Virus record (IMG/VR): IMGVR_UViG_3300032373_000049
Location: 1-38,182 of that record
DNA: 38,182 bases
DNA from: a virus
Lineage: Duplodnaviria > Caudoviricetes
Strand: one strand, 5' to 3'
Shown here: in pieces, positions 1-8,861 of the stretch
Layout: each line of letters begins with the position of its first letter
Position numbering within the stretch: the first letter of the stretch is position 1
Program-made: the position numbers and the translations under genes
The notes under the pieces: model-generated
What the model saw: only the letters and a program-made list of their open reading frames with translations
Database searches by the model: none
Told to the model about the DNA's origin: nothing

Positions 1-127
1 AACATCTTGGACGGCGTGACAGCCACGGCGGCTGAGTTGAACGCGCTGGACGGCATCACGGCAACGGTCACAGAGTTGAACTATACGGACGGCGTAACGA
101 GCGCCATTCAGACACAACTCGACGCCA
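1..127. repeat. Terminal direct repeat (circular assembly overlap), copy 1
   Basis: 1-127 is identical to 38056-38182; 127 is a common assembler k-mer length. Confidence 0.97.
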
Positions 128-765
128 AGCAAGCGCTTGATGCGACGTTAACCGCCCTTGCGGGACTGACGACCGGTGCGAATAAGGTGCCATATGCCAC
201 GGGAACCGACACGTTCGGGGAACTGGACCTTGTTGACGAAGATGACATGTCGTCAGACAGCGACACGGCGGTAGCAACACAGCAGAGCATCAAAGCATAT
301 GTGGACGCGGCAACGCTGGACGAACGCATGCTGCTGAAAAACGTCCAAGCAAGCGGCGCGGGCGGTGGGTCAATTACCGCAGGGTCTTGGACGAAAATCA
401 CGCTGAACACTTCGGACATTTCCTCCATCACGTCAGGCACATTGACCAGCAGCGTCATATCGCTACCCGCTGGCACCTACGATGTTTCCGCCCATGTTCC
501 TGGCTATGCATGTGACCTGTTTACATCTAGATTGCTGAACACAACCGACACGGCAACGCTGTTGCTTGGCACGTCTGCCAGGTCAGACGCCAGTGATCCA
601 AGCGTGGTAATGTCGATTGTCTCCGGTCGCATTACGCTGGGCGGTACGAAAAACATCGAACTGCAAATGAAGACGCAAACCACAAACGCCAACGCCGCTG
701 GTATTGCAACCAGCCTCAGTTCTGGCGAGGTCTACGCGACTATCGAGATCAAGAAGGTTCCGTAA
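1..765 (+). CDS. Tail fibre-like structural protein, 3' part; the gene starts at 37858 and spans the circular junction (~320 aa)
   Basis: Frame is continuous from ATG 37858 across the overlap; 13-aa TATAAELNxLDGV repeats; beta-rich C-terminus; lies between adaptor and tail hub genes. Confidence 0.8.
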   Translation, partial: NILDGVTATAAELNALDGITATVTELNYTDGVTSAIQTQLDAKQALDATLTALAGLTTGANKVPYATGTDTFGELDLVDEDDMSSDSDTAVATQQSIKAYVDAATLDERMLLKNVQASGAGGGSITAGSWTKITLNTSDISSITSGTLTSSVISLPAGTYDVSAHVPGYACDLFTSRLLNTTDTATLLLGTSARSDASDPSVVMSIVSGRITLGGTKNIELQMKTQTTNANAAGIATSLSSGEVYATIEIKKVP

Positions 766-2238
766 ATGAGCATTATCCCTCTGGCCATCCCGCCGGGGAT
801 GCACCGCAACGGCACCGAGTTTCAGTCCTCGGGACGCTGGCGCGACGGTAGCCTTGTGCGCTGGACTGATGGCACAATGCAGCCCGTTGGCGGCTGGCAG
901 GCGCGGGATACCGTAACAGACCAGCCCATTCGCGGAATGCATGCTTGGCGTGATCTAAGTTCTAATCGCTGGTATGCGGCTGGAACATTTGAGGCGCTTT
1001 TCGCAGTTTCGGCTGGCGGAACTACAACCGACATCACGCCAGCGGGCTTAACCGCAGGCAGCGTTGATGCGTCGGCAAACCTAGGCTATGGCGGCGGGTT
1101 CTACGGCACGGGCGCATATGGCACGGCGCGACCTGACACGGGTTCCTATGGCGAGGCAACAACGTGGTCGATTGACAACTGGGGCGAAACATTGGTGGCG
1201 TGCAGCCCTGCGGATGGCGTAATTTACGATTGGGATCTGAACGTTCTGAACAACGGCGTTGCCGTGTCGAACGCGCCTGTTGACAATCTCGGGCTTGTGG
1301 TGACGGAAGAGCGTTTCCTGTTCGCCCTTGGCGCTGGTGGGAACCCGCGCAAGGTTCAGTGGTCTGACCGCGAGGATAACACGACATGGACCGCAGCCGC
1401 GACAAACGAGGCGGGCGACATTGAATTGCAGACGAATGGGCAAATCATGCTTGGCATTCGTTCACGCGGTCAAACGCTAATCCTCACAGACCAAGACGCG
1501 CATGCTGCAACATATTCGGGGCCACCGTTCGTCTATGGATTCGAGCGGGTCGGGTCGTCATGTGGTGCGATTTCACGCAATTGCGCGGTTGGCGTGGACA
1601 GCGGCGTGTTTTGGATGGGGAACCGGGGCTTCTATGTCTATTCGGGCGGTGCGGTGCAGGAATTGCCGTGCGAGGTCATTGACTGGCTGGTGATCAACCT
1701 AAACCGGGTGCAGCGGTCCAAGGTTTACGGCGTTAGCAATGCGGAGTTTGGCGAAATCTGGTGGTTTTTCCCGAGCATTTCCAGCACAGAAAACGACAGC
1801 TATGTGTCGTACAATTACCGCGAAAACCATTGGTCAACAGGGTCAGTGGAGAGAACGGCGGGCATCGGGCCGGGCGTGTTCCGCAACCCTATCTACGCAG
1901 CGCCAACGGGCGTGACTTATACACATGAGGATGGACTGATCCACGGCACAAGCGATGTCTATGCCGAAAGCGGGCCAATCAGCCTCGGCAACGGCGATGC
2001 GGTTATGAGCGTGAACAACCTCATCCCCGACGAGCTAACGCAAGGGGATGTCACGGTGACATTCAAGACGCGCTTTCATCCGAACGACACAGAACGCAGC
2101 TATGGGCCGTATACGATGGCCAACCCTACGCCTGTGCGGTTTACGGGCCGTCAGGTGCGATTGCGCGTTGATGCCACAGATACGGCTTGGCGGGCTGGTG
2201 TTCAGCGTATTGAGGCAATGCCACGGGGGCGGCGATGA
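766..2238 (+). CDS. Podovirus tail hub / packaged-DNA stabilization protein (P22 gp10-like)
   Basis: 490 aa, beta-propeller-like composition, VQWSDRED and GEIWWFFP motifs typical of this family; position in tail module. Confidence 0.75.
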   Translation: MSIIPLAIPPGMHRNGTEFQSSGRWRDGSLVRWTDGTMQPVGGWQARDTVTDQPIRGMHAWRDLSSNRWYAAGTFEALFAVSAGGTTTDITPAGLTAGSVDASANLGYGGGFYGTGAYGTARPDTGSYGEATTWSIDNWGETLVACSPADGVIYDWDLNVLNNGVAVSNAPVDNLGLVVTEERFLFALGAGGNPRKVQWSDREDNTTWTAAATNEAGDIELQTNGQIMLGIRSRGQTLILTDQDAHAATYSGPPFVYGFERVGSSCGAISRNCAVGVDSGVFWMGNRGFYVYSGGAVQELPCEVIDWLVINLNRVQRSKVYGVSNAEFGEIWWFFPSISSTENDSYVSYNYRENHWSTGSVERTAGIGPGVFRNPIYAAPTGVTYTHEDGLIHGTSDVYAESGPISLGNGDAVMSVNNLIPDELTQGDVTVTFKTRFHPNDTERSYGPYTMANPTPVRFTGRQVRLRVDATDTAWRAGVQRIEAMPRGRR

Positions 2239-3227
2239 GGCTTGGAATCCCGGTCGTCAACCGCGATTTGACGGTGTGGGCGAACAATATGCGCAAATGG
2301 CTTGGCTCCGCATGGATGCGCCTGCCGTTTCAAGAGTCCGGTTCAGCCGCTACGGAAAACGGGTCTTTGATGTGGGACGCCGAAAACGGATACCCGGTCG
2401 TTAGCAAAGACGGCGTGTTTGTGCCGCTCATTTTAGAGGATAGTCCATTGGATTTTGGCGTAAAGATTGCAGAGTTGGAAATCCTGAACACATATGGCGA
2501 CACGGTTAGCGTAACGGCGAAGCGCAAGACGCTGTTGAAGTTCGGTCGAAGGGATGACCTCGGAACGTCCAGCGCGACGGTCTGGCAAACAAATGGCAAT
2601 GAAACCTATGTTGGCACAAACATAATCGACACAATATCCGCCAGCGATGTCACAGACACAGAGGTGATTTCCATCGAAGGCCATACGGTCACAGGAACCG
2701 GGACAAGCCAGCAATTTACATTCACATCTCAGACCGCAACGCTGAATGGTCAAAACAAGGTCGTATTAACTACGCCGCTGGCGCGGGTGTCGCGGGCGTC
2801 GAACACGGGATCATCTGACGTTATTGGCGACGTTTACGTTTACGAGGATACGGCTATTTCTGGCGGCGTCCCTACCGATTTGACAAAGGCACACATCAAG
2901 ATCAACGCGGGCGAGGCTCAGAGCTACAAAGCGGCCACCACGTTCTCAAACACTGATTACTTTATCTGCACTGGCGGGTTCGCGGCGGTTGACAAGAAGA
3001 CATCGGCAACGGTTGATTTTGAAATGCAGGTCAGAAATGTTGGCGGCGTGTTTCGTCCGGTTTCTCGTATTGCTCTTGATAGCTCCGCGCAAACAACTCA
3101 GCAAATCCAATTCTACCCGTATGTGATCATTCCAAAAAACGCAGACATCAGGATTGTCGCGGTATCATCGTCGTCAAACACTGAGGTGTCAGCTTCGTTT
3201 CAAGGATTCTTGGCGGCTGTGCAATGA
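2235..3227 (+). CDS. Tail-associated structural protein (short N-terminal anchor plus beta-rich C-terminal domain)
   Basis: ATGA coupling to the hub gene; Thr/Ser/Val-rich; synteny. Confidence 0.55.
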   Translation: MRLGIPVVNRDLTVWANNMRKWLGSAWMRLPFQESGSAATENGSLMWDAENGYPVVSKDGVFVPLILEDSPLDFGVKIAELEILNTYGDTVSVTAKRKTLLKFGRRDDLGTSSATVWQTNGNETYVGTNIIDTISASDVTDTEVISIEGHTVTGTGTSQQFTFTSQTATLNGQNKVVLTTPLARVSRASNTGSSDVIGDVYVYEDTAISGGVPTDLTKAHIKINAGEAQSYKAATTFSNTDYFICTGGFAAVDKKTSATVDFEMQVRNVGGVFRPVSRIALDSSAQTTQQIQFYPYVIIPKNADIRIVAVSSSSNTEVSASFQGFLAAVQ

Positions 3228-3589
3228 GTATGATTGACGATAACCGGGACCTGATAGAAAGCGCGCTGCGATATAGCGGCGGGACGCATTCGTTCGAGGA
3301 TGTGAAGGCCGCGATAACCGAGGGCACAATGCAAATATGGCCCGCACCGCGAGGTGTAGCCGTGACGGAAATTATAGTGTATCCTAGGGCGAAATCGTTG
3401 CACGTCTTTCTCGCCGCTGGCGAAATGGACCAACTTTTAGACATGATCGACGCCGCGATGCACTGGGGCAGATCACAGGGTTGCACAGCAATGTCAATGA
3501 CGGGCCGCTTCGGATGGCAGAAGGTCTTGGCAAAGCACGGGTGGAAACCGAAACACATCACTTTAGAGCGGAGCCTGGCAGATGGGTAG
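3224..3589 (+). CDS. GNAT-fold, acetyltransferase-like podovirus protein
   Basis: LHVFLAAG...GCTAMSMTGRFGWQKVL motif; typical position before ejection proteins. Confidence 0.7.
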   Translation: MSMIDDNRDLIESALRYSGGTHSFEDVKAAITEGTMQIWPAPRGVAVTEIIVYPRAKSLHVFLAAGEMDQLLDMIDAAMHWGRSQGCTAMSMTGRFGWQKVLAKHGWKPKHITLERSLADG

Positions 3590-4241
3590 CATTCTCGGCG
3601 GATCACAGACCACAAAAACGGAAGTCCCGGCGTGGCTTGAGGATGCGGCGCGCAAAAACATGGACCGCGCCGATTACATTTCTCAGATCGGTTATACGCC
3701 GTATTATGGACCCGACGTTGCGGCTATGACGCCAAACCAGCAAGCGAGCATGCAGAACACGGCTAACGCAGCCGGTGCATTTGGCATGGCCGCGCCATCT
3801 GACGTTATGGCGGGGATGCCGCAAGCGCAGGATTACGGCGGGATGCAGGCTTATTCGTCTGGCGGATTGTTTGATGACGCGCTTGCCGAATTGGCACGAC
3901 GCAGGCCGGGGCAGGCGGAGGCTCTAAGCGGAATGTTTATTGATCCCATCACGGGAGAAGCCCCGAATGCGCCGTTTGGCATTATGGGCAATATGCAGCC
4001 TGGCGCGGACCCGAACAACCCCGGCGGCGGATATAACGGCATGCCAGATCCCGGATCATGGGGTCAAGCGCCAAATTTCGGGGATCCATCAAAGATGGGC
4101 AATCTATCGCACGGATTTGGAGCAGGCCCAGGTGGCGCGGGCATGGGGTCAGCCAGCGGCTTCGGCGGCTTCGGTGGCGGCATAGGTGCCGGAATGGGCT
4201 TGCTTGGCGGCGGGCCTTTCGGCGGAAATTCATGGAGTTGA
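3582..4241 (+). CDS. Internal virion / DNA ejection protein
   Basis: Gly/Met-rich, N-terminal GGSQTTKTEVPAWL motif, position after GNAT gene. Confidence 0.65.
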   Translation: MGSILGGSQTTKTEVPAWLEDAARKNMDRADYISQIGYTPYYGPDVAAMTPNQQASMQNTANAAGAFGMAAPSDVMAGMPQAQDYGGMQAYSSGGLFDDALAELARRRPGQAEALSGMFIDPITGEAPNAPFGIMGNMQPGADPNNPGGGYNGMPDPGSWGQAPNFGDPSKMGNLSHGFGAGPGGAGMGSASGFGGFGGGIGAGMGLLGGGPFGGNSWS

Positions 4242-4245
4242 TTTG

Positions 4246-5502
4246 ATGGCAGGCGCAGGCAATCCGGGCATGGCCCAAAAACCGGGCGGTATGATGCCCC
4301 CTCAAATGGGCGGCATGATGCCGCGTTCACCGGGGCAGATGCCGGGCATGGCGGGCGGTAATATGCCCGGTGTCGCGGGTGCGCCGCCTGCCATTGGCCA
4401 GCCGCAACCCTACGCCAACCCAAATGCAGCGGTGGGCAATATGATGGGCGCGGGGCAAGCCCCGGCAGGATATCAGCCACCCGCACAAGCACCGGGCGGC
4501 GTTCTTCCGGGCGCTCAAGCACCTATGCCGATGGGCGGCGGGCCGATGTCAACAGGCATGGGTGGCGCGATGGGTGGTCAACAGCCTATGCCGGGCCAAC
4601 CCCCGATGGGCGGCGCAATGCCTATGAGCGGAGGAATGCAGCAACCCGGCGGCGCAATGCCGATGGCCGGTGGCACGAACATGCCCGGCGTTGCTGGCGC
4701 TCCACCAACCGTTGGGCAACCGGACCCATACGCCAACCCCAACGCTGATGTCATGGCAATGGGCGGCGCGGCTTCACAACCTCTTGGCGCGCAGCCACCC
4801 GGCGTTCAGCCTCCGATTGGCGCTGGACAGCCGCCGGCAGGAATGCAGCCACCGACAGGCGGTCAGCCGCAGGGCGGGCCGAACGTATATCAGCAATCTT
4901 CGAACGCTTACGGCAACGCGCTGGGCGCGACGAATGCGGCGATGCGCGGGCCAAATATCGGCCAATTCGCGAACCCGTTCGACCGTCAGGCTATTGACGC
5001 GGCAATGGGCGACATTGGGCGGCAGCAACAGAAGGGCATTAATCAGCTTGGGGCTTCTGCCACGGCGGCGGGTGCTTTTGGCGGGTCTCGGCACGGTATC
5101 GCTGAAGGCGAAACGATGGGGCAATACGGGCGCGCGGCGGCTGATACGGCATCGCGCATGCGGCAACAGGGGTTCAACACGGCCCTTGGCGCAGCGCAGA
5201 ACCAGCAAAACACGATGCTGCAAGGCGCGGGGCAACTGGGCAACCTGTCAAATCTCGGGTTTGGTTTCGGCCAGCAAATCGGTCAGAACCAGATGCAGCA
5301 AGGCACGATGCAACAGGCGTTGAATCAGGCGCTAATCGATGCGGGCCGGGGCCAATACGGAGGTTATACCGGAGCGCCGAACCAAGCGCTGAATTTGCCT
5401 TTCGCGGCTCTTGGCGGGGCCAACATGGGGCAGGGCAGCGAAACGCAATCCAAATCGCCGGGGCTTCTGAGCATTTTCTCTACATTGATGGGGCTTGGCT
5501 AA
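4246..5502 (+). CDS. Internal virion / DNA ejection (pilot-like) protein with long low-complexity N-terminus
   Basis: GGAG RBS before ATG 4246; AAGAFGGSRHGIAE motif characteristic of podovirus ejection proteins; Q/G/P/M-rich. Confidence 0.7.
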   Translation: MAGAGNPGMAQKPGGMMPPQMGGMMPRSPGQMPGMAGGNMPGVAGAPPAIGQPQPYANPNAAVGNMMGAGQAPAGYQPPAQAPGGVLPGAQAPMPMGGGPMSTGMGGAMGGQQPMPGQPPMGGAMPMSGGMQQPGGAMPMAGGTNMPGVAGAPPTVGQPDPYANPNADVMAMGGAASQPLGAQPPGVQPPIGAGQPPAGMQPPTGGQPQGGPNVYQQSSNAYGNALGATNAAMRGPNIGQFANPFDRQAIDAAMGDIGRQQQKGINQLGASATAAGAFGGSRHGIAEGETMGQYGRAAADTASRMRQQGFNTALGAAQNQQNTMLQGAGQLGNLSNLGFGFGQQIGQNQMQQGTMQQALNQALIDAGRGQYGGYTGAPNQALNLPFAALGGANMGQGSETQSKSPGLLSIFSTLMGLG

Positions 5503-7191
5503 TTGGCAACCGCTCAAGAAATCATTGCAGGACTTACGCAGCGCGGACTCCCGTTGCATGTTGCCCAGGGTATCGCGGGCAACATGTTTGCGGAGAGCGG
5601 CTACGATACCGGCGTCAATGAGGCTGCGCCAATTGTGCCGGGGTCGCGTGGCGGCTTTGGGCTTAATCAGTGGACCGGGCCACGCAGGCGGGCTATTGAG
5701 GCGGAAGCCCAGCGCCGGGGTGTTCCTGTCAGTGACCTTGGGTTCCAGCTTGATTACACCATGCACGAATTGCAGGGGCCTGAACGGGGGGCTTACGGCG
5801 CGCTGATGGAGACATCCAGCCCGACCGAGGCAGCACGGGTCTATAGCGAGCGTTTCTTGCGCCCCGGTATCCCGCACATGGATCGAAGGGTAGGCGAGGC
5901 CGCGCGCCTTGCCGGAATTGAATACACGCCGGGGGCAAACGACATGGCAACACGTAGCAATCAGCAACCGATGGCAAATCAAGGCATTTCTGCGGCGGTG
6001 GGTGGCCAGCAAGAACAACGGCAGGGCGGCATTCGCGGCTTGCTGGATATGTTTCGAGGCGGTCAACAGCAAGGCGGACAGGAACGCCCTAGCATGTGGG
6101 CCAACGCCCCTTTTGGCCTTGACGACGAGGACCGCCGCGCGCGTTTAGCGATGGCACTTGAGGGCATGACGCTAAATCCAAATCAGCAAATGATTGAATC
6201 GCTTGGGCGGGGCATAACCGACCGGCGCGAGGCAGCACAGCAAGCGCAGGGCCGGAACGCAACGGCTGAATGGCTAAGGTCACAGGGCCGCGATGACTTG
6301 GCGGAATTGGTTACGGCTGGCGGATTGCCGGGCACGCAGGCTATGAACCTTGCCGCTTCTGATGCACAACGGCAGGCATCGGCAGGAGCGCCGCGACCGC
6401 TTGAAATCCGCGAAGTTGGAAGCGCCATTTATGGCATCGACCCAATCAGTGGTGAAGCGCGGATACTGGCGGAAGGCAGGGCTGGGTTCAGGGCCGCGAA
6501 CCCTGACGAGATAGAGCAATACGGAACAATGGGGCAGGTCGATACAGAAAGCGGGCGCTTCTACCCCGTCGATCCGCCAGCCGGAATGTCTTTCACCGTT
6601 TCCCCAGATGGAACTGTGCAGTTGACACAAGGACCGCAAGCCGAGGCTGACGCGATGGCAGCAGAGCAGGCCGACCGCCAGAGGAGCAATCAAGCCGGGG
6701 TTGTGGTTGAGGATATTGACCGGGCAATTGACATTGTTCAAAATGCAGAAATGCCCGCGACGGGCGCGGTTGGCGCGCTCATGTCAAACGTCCCCGGAAC
6801 GTCTGCGCGGGATTTGAACGCGCTCCTTGATACCATCGGCGCAAATATTGCGTTCGACACACTTGCAGCCATGCGGGCGGCGTCACCAACTGGCGGCGCT
6901 CTTGGCGCTATTTCTGAGCGGGAACTTGCGCTGCTGCAAGCCACGCGTGGTTCTATTGCGCAATCGCAGACCCAAGAGCAATTCCTGCGCAACCTTGGCC
7001 GATTGCGGACGCAATTTGCAGCGATTGCCAACGGCACACCACCATCAGGCTACACGCCGGGACAGTGGGCAAGCATGCCAGCGGAACAGCGGGTTTCTGT
7101 GCTTTCTGGCGCTGATCCAGTCCAGCCGCAAGGCAGTGGATCGAATGGCTTGAGCGATGACGAATTGTTAATGCGGTACGGGGGCAACTGA
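5503..7191 (+). CDS. Ejection protein with N-terminal phage tail lysozyme (Phage_lysozyme2-like) domain
   Basis: AQGIAGNMFAESG, GFGLNQWTGPRR and QLDYTMHEL motifs; C-terminal GALGAISEREL motif; TTG start directly after the previous stop. Confidence 0.75.
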   Translation: MATAQEIIAGLTQRGLPLHVAQGIAGNMFAESGYDTGVNEAAPIVPGSRGGFGLNQWTGPRRRAIEAEAQRRGVPVSDLGFQLDYTMHELQGPERGAYGALMETSSPTEAARVYSERFLRPGIPHMDRRVGEAARLAGIEYTPGANDMATRSNQQPMANQGISAAVGGQQEQRQGGIRGLLDMFRGGQQQGGQERPSMWANAPFGLDDEDRRARLAMALEGMTLNPNQQMIESLGRGITDRREAAQQAQGRNATAEWLRSQGRDDLAELVTAGGLPGTQAMNLAASDAQRQASAGAPRPLEIREVGSAIYGIDPISGEARILAEGRAGFRAANPDEIEQYGTMGQVDTESGRFYPVDPPAGMSFTVSPDGTVQLTQGPQAEADAMAAEQADRQRSNQAGVVVEDIDRAIDIVQNAEMPATGAVGALMSNVPGTSARDLNALLDTIGANIAFDTLAAMRAASPTGGALGAISERELALLQATRGSIAQSQTQEQFLRNLGRLRTQFAAIANGTPPSGYTPGQWASMPAEQRVSVLSGADPVQPQGSGSNGLSDDELLMRYGGN

Positions 7192-8852
7192 TGGCCGAAT
7201 ATGAGCGCATCATGACCGCGCTAAGAAACGCGCATGAAGCTGGGGATACCGAGGCGGCAAGCCGGTTGGCGCGTATGGCGCAGGCCGCTAGAGCGCCTGA
7301 GCAAACGTCCACGATGAGCGATGTTGGTCAATCCCTTTTATCCGGCGCATTGCGTGGGGTCGGAGGAATTCTTGACTTGCCATCCAATGCCATTGATCTA
7401 GCGGGTCGTGGTGCGGTTTCGGCTGCGGAAATGGGCGCGGGTCTGTTCGGGTATGAAAACCCGGAAGCGTTCCAGAGTGCACGGGATGTTTGGTCGTCTG
7501 GCCGCGCGCCATCGGCATCTGCCGGAATATCATCGGCAACAGGCGGCTTTTCTGAGCGCCAACCGGAAACGACAGCGGGCGAATATGCGCGAACCGTTGG
7601 GGAGTTCCTTCCCGGCACATTGATGGGGGGCGGCGCATCTATTCCCAACTTGGCACGCTACGGTCTTGCACCCGCAATCGCGAGTGAGGCGGCTGGGCAG
7701 GCAACCGAAGGCATGAGCGTGGGCGGTGTTTCTGTTGAGCCGATTGCGCGGATGGGCGCGGCGCTTGTTGCACCCGGCGTGGTTGGGCGGGTTGCGTCAC
7801 CGTTCGGCGGCGCTGACCCTGCACATATATCTGCGGCTCAGAGGTTGCGGCGTGAGGGCGTTGATGTTCGTGCGGGCGAGCACACAGGGTCAAGCACTCT
7901 TCGCGCGCTTGAGGGGTCAGTGGAACCGACCGCTCGACAGTCTGAACAGGTCACGGCGGCGGCGATGCGTTCGCTTGGGTCAACGTCCCCGCGCGCGACG
8001 ACAACCGCCCTCGTATCTGTGCGGGACAGAATAGTTGGCGAGATGGATGACGCCATCAGGGGAATCGACGTTCCAGCCACACCAGCGATGGCGCAAAGGG
8101 CGCTTGATATAGGCGAGGATTATATGTCGAATGCGCCAGCCTCCGCCATTGTCGGGCGGGTTCGCGAGGTGACGCAGGAAATCATGGATGTTGCGACAAG
8201 CCCAACCGCCTCTAGTATACCGGCGACGCAGTTGCGTCGTTGGCGTTCGGCCATCGGAAGACTTACACAATCCTCAGATCGGGAAACTAGAACAGCGGCG
8301 CACGCAATTCGCGAGCTTATTGACGGCGCAACAGATTCGGCGTTGATCGCTGCGGGCCGTGGCAATGATATTGCAAGGCTGTCTGAGGCAAGGCGTCAGT
8401 ATAGGAACTATCTCGGGGTTCAAGATGCTGCGACCAGAGCGGGCGCTGAACTTGGCGTTGTAAGCGCGGTCGGGCTTAATCAATCAGTAATCAGGACGCA
8501 GGGAAGGAGTGCATACGCGACCGGACGCGGGACCGACCTGTCAGACCTGTCGCGCGCTTCTGCTGCTGTTCTCAGGCCGGAGCCGACAGTTGCTGCTGCT
8601 GGTGTTAGAAACATACCACAATTGACCCAAGCGGGGCTTCTTGGTGCCGGTGGTTCGCTGGGTTATGGGCTTGCCGGTACGCCGGGGGCGATTGCCGGTA
8701 CTGTAGGGGGAGCGGCAATCCAGCCGTTTGCAAGGTCGCTGTTCGGATCGCGGCTAGGTCAAGCCTATTTGCGGAACCAAGCGGTAGGCCCTGCGGTCGG
8801 CCTTTTGTCACCGGAACGGCTTGGCGCTCTATCCACAATGACGCCGCGATAA
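7191..8852 (+). CDS. Large internal virion / ejection protein
   Basis: 553 aa Ala/Gly-rich helical protein with hydrophobic Gly-rich segments; last gene of the ejection cluster. Confidence 0.6.
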   Translation: MAEYERIMTALRNAHEAGDTEAASRLARMAQAARAPEQTSTMSDVGQSLLSGALRGVGGILDLPSNAIDLAGRGAVSAAEMGAGLFGYENPEAFQSARDVWSSGRAPSASAGISSATGGFSERQPETTAGEYARTVGEFLPGTLMGGGASIPNLARYGLAPAIASEAAGQATEGMSVGGVSVEPIARMGAALVAPGVVGRVASPFGGADPAHISAAQRLRREGVDVRAGEHTGSSTLRALEGSVEPTARQSEQVTAAAMRSLGSTSPRATTTALVSVRDRIVGEMDDAIRGIDVPATPAMAQRALDIGEDYMSNAPASAIVGRVREVTQEIMDVATSPTASSIPATQLRRWRSAIGRLTQSSDRETRTAAHAIRELIDGATDSALIAAGRGNDIARLSEARRQYRNYLGVQDAATRAGAELGVVSAVGLNQSVIRTQGRSAYATGRGTDLSDLSRASAAVLRPEPTVAAAGVRNIPQLTQAGLLGAGGSLGYGLAGTPGAIAGTVGGAAIQPFARSLFGSRLGQAYLRNQAVGPAVGLLSPERLGALSTMTPR

Positions 8853-8861
8853 GGAAAAAGC

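Noticed and set aside
1-127. Biological terminal repeat (T7-like DTR)
   Set aside because: Length equals a common assembly k-mer, it falls mid-gene, and PBSX-type terminases are usually associated with headful packaging; treated as an assembly overlap
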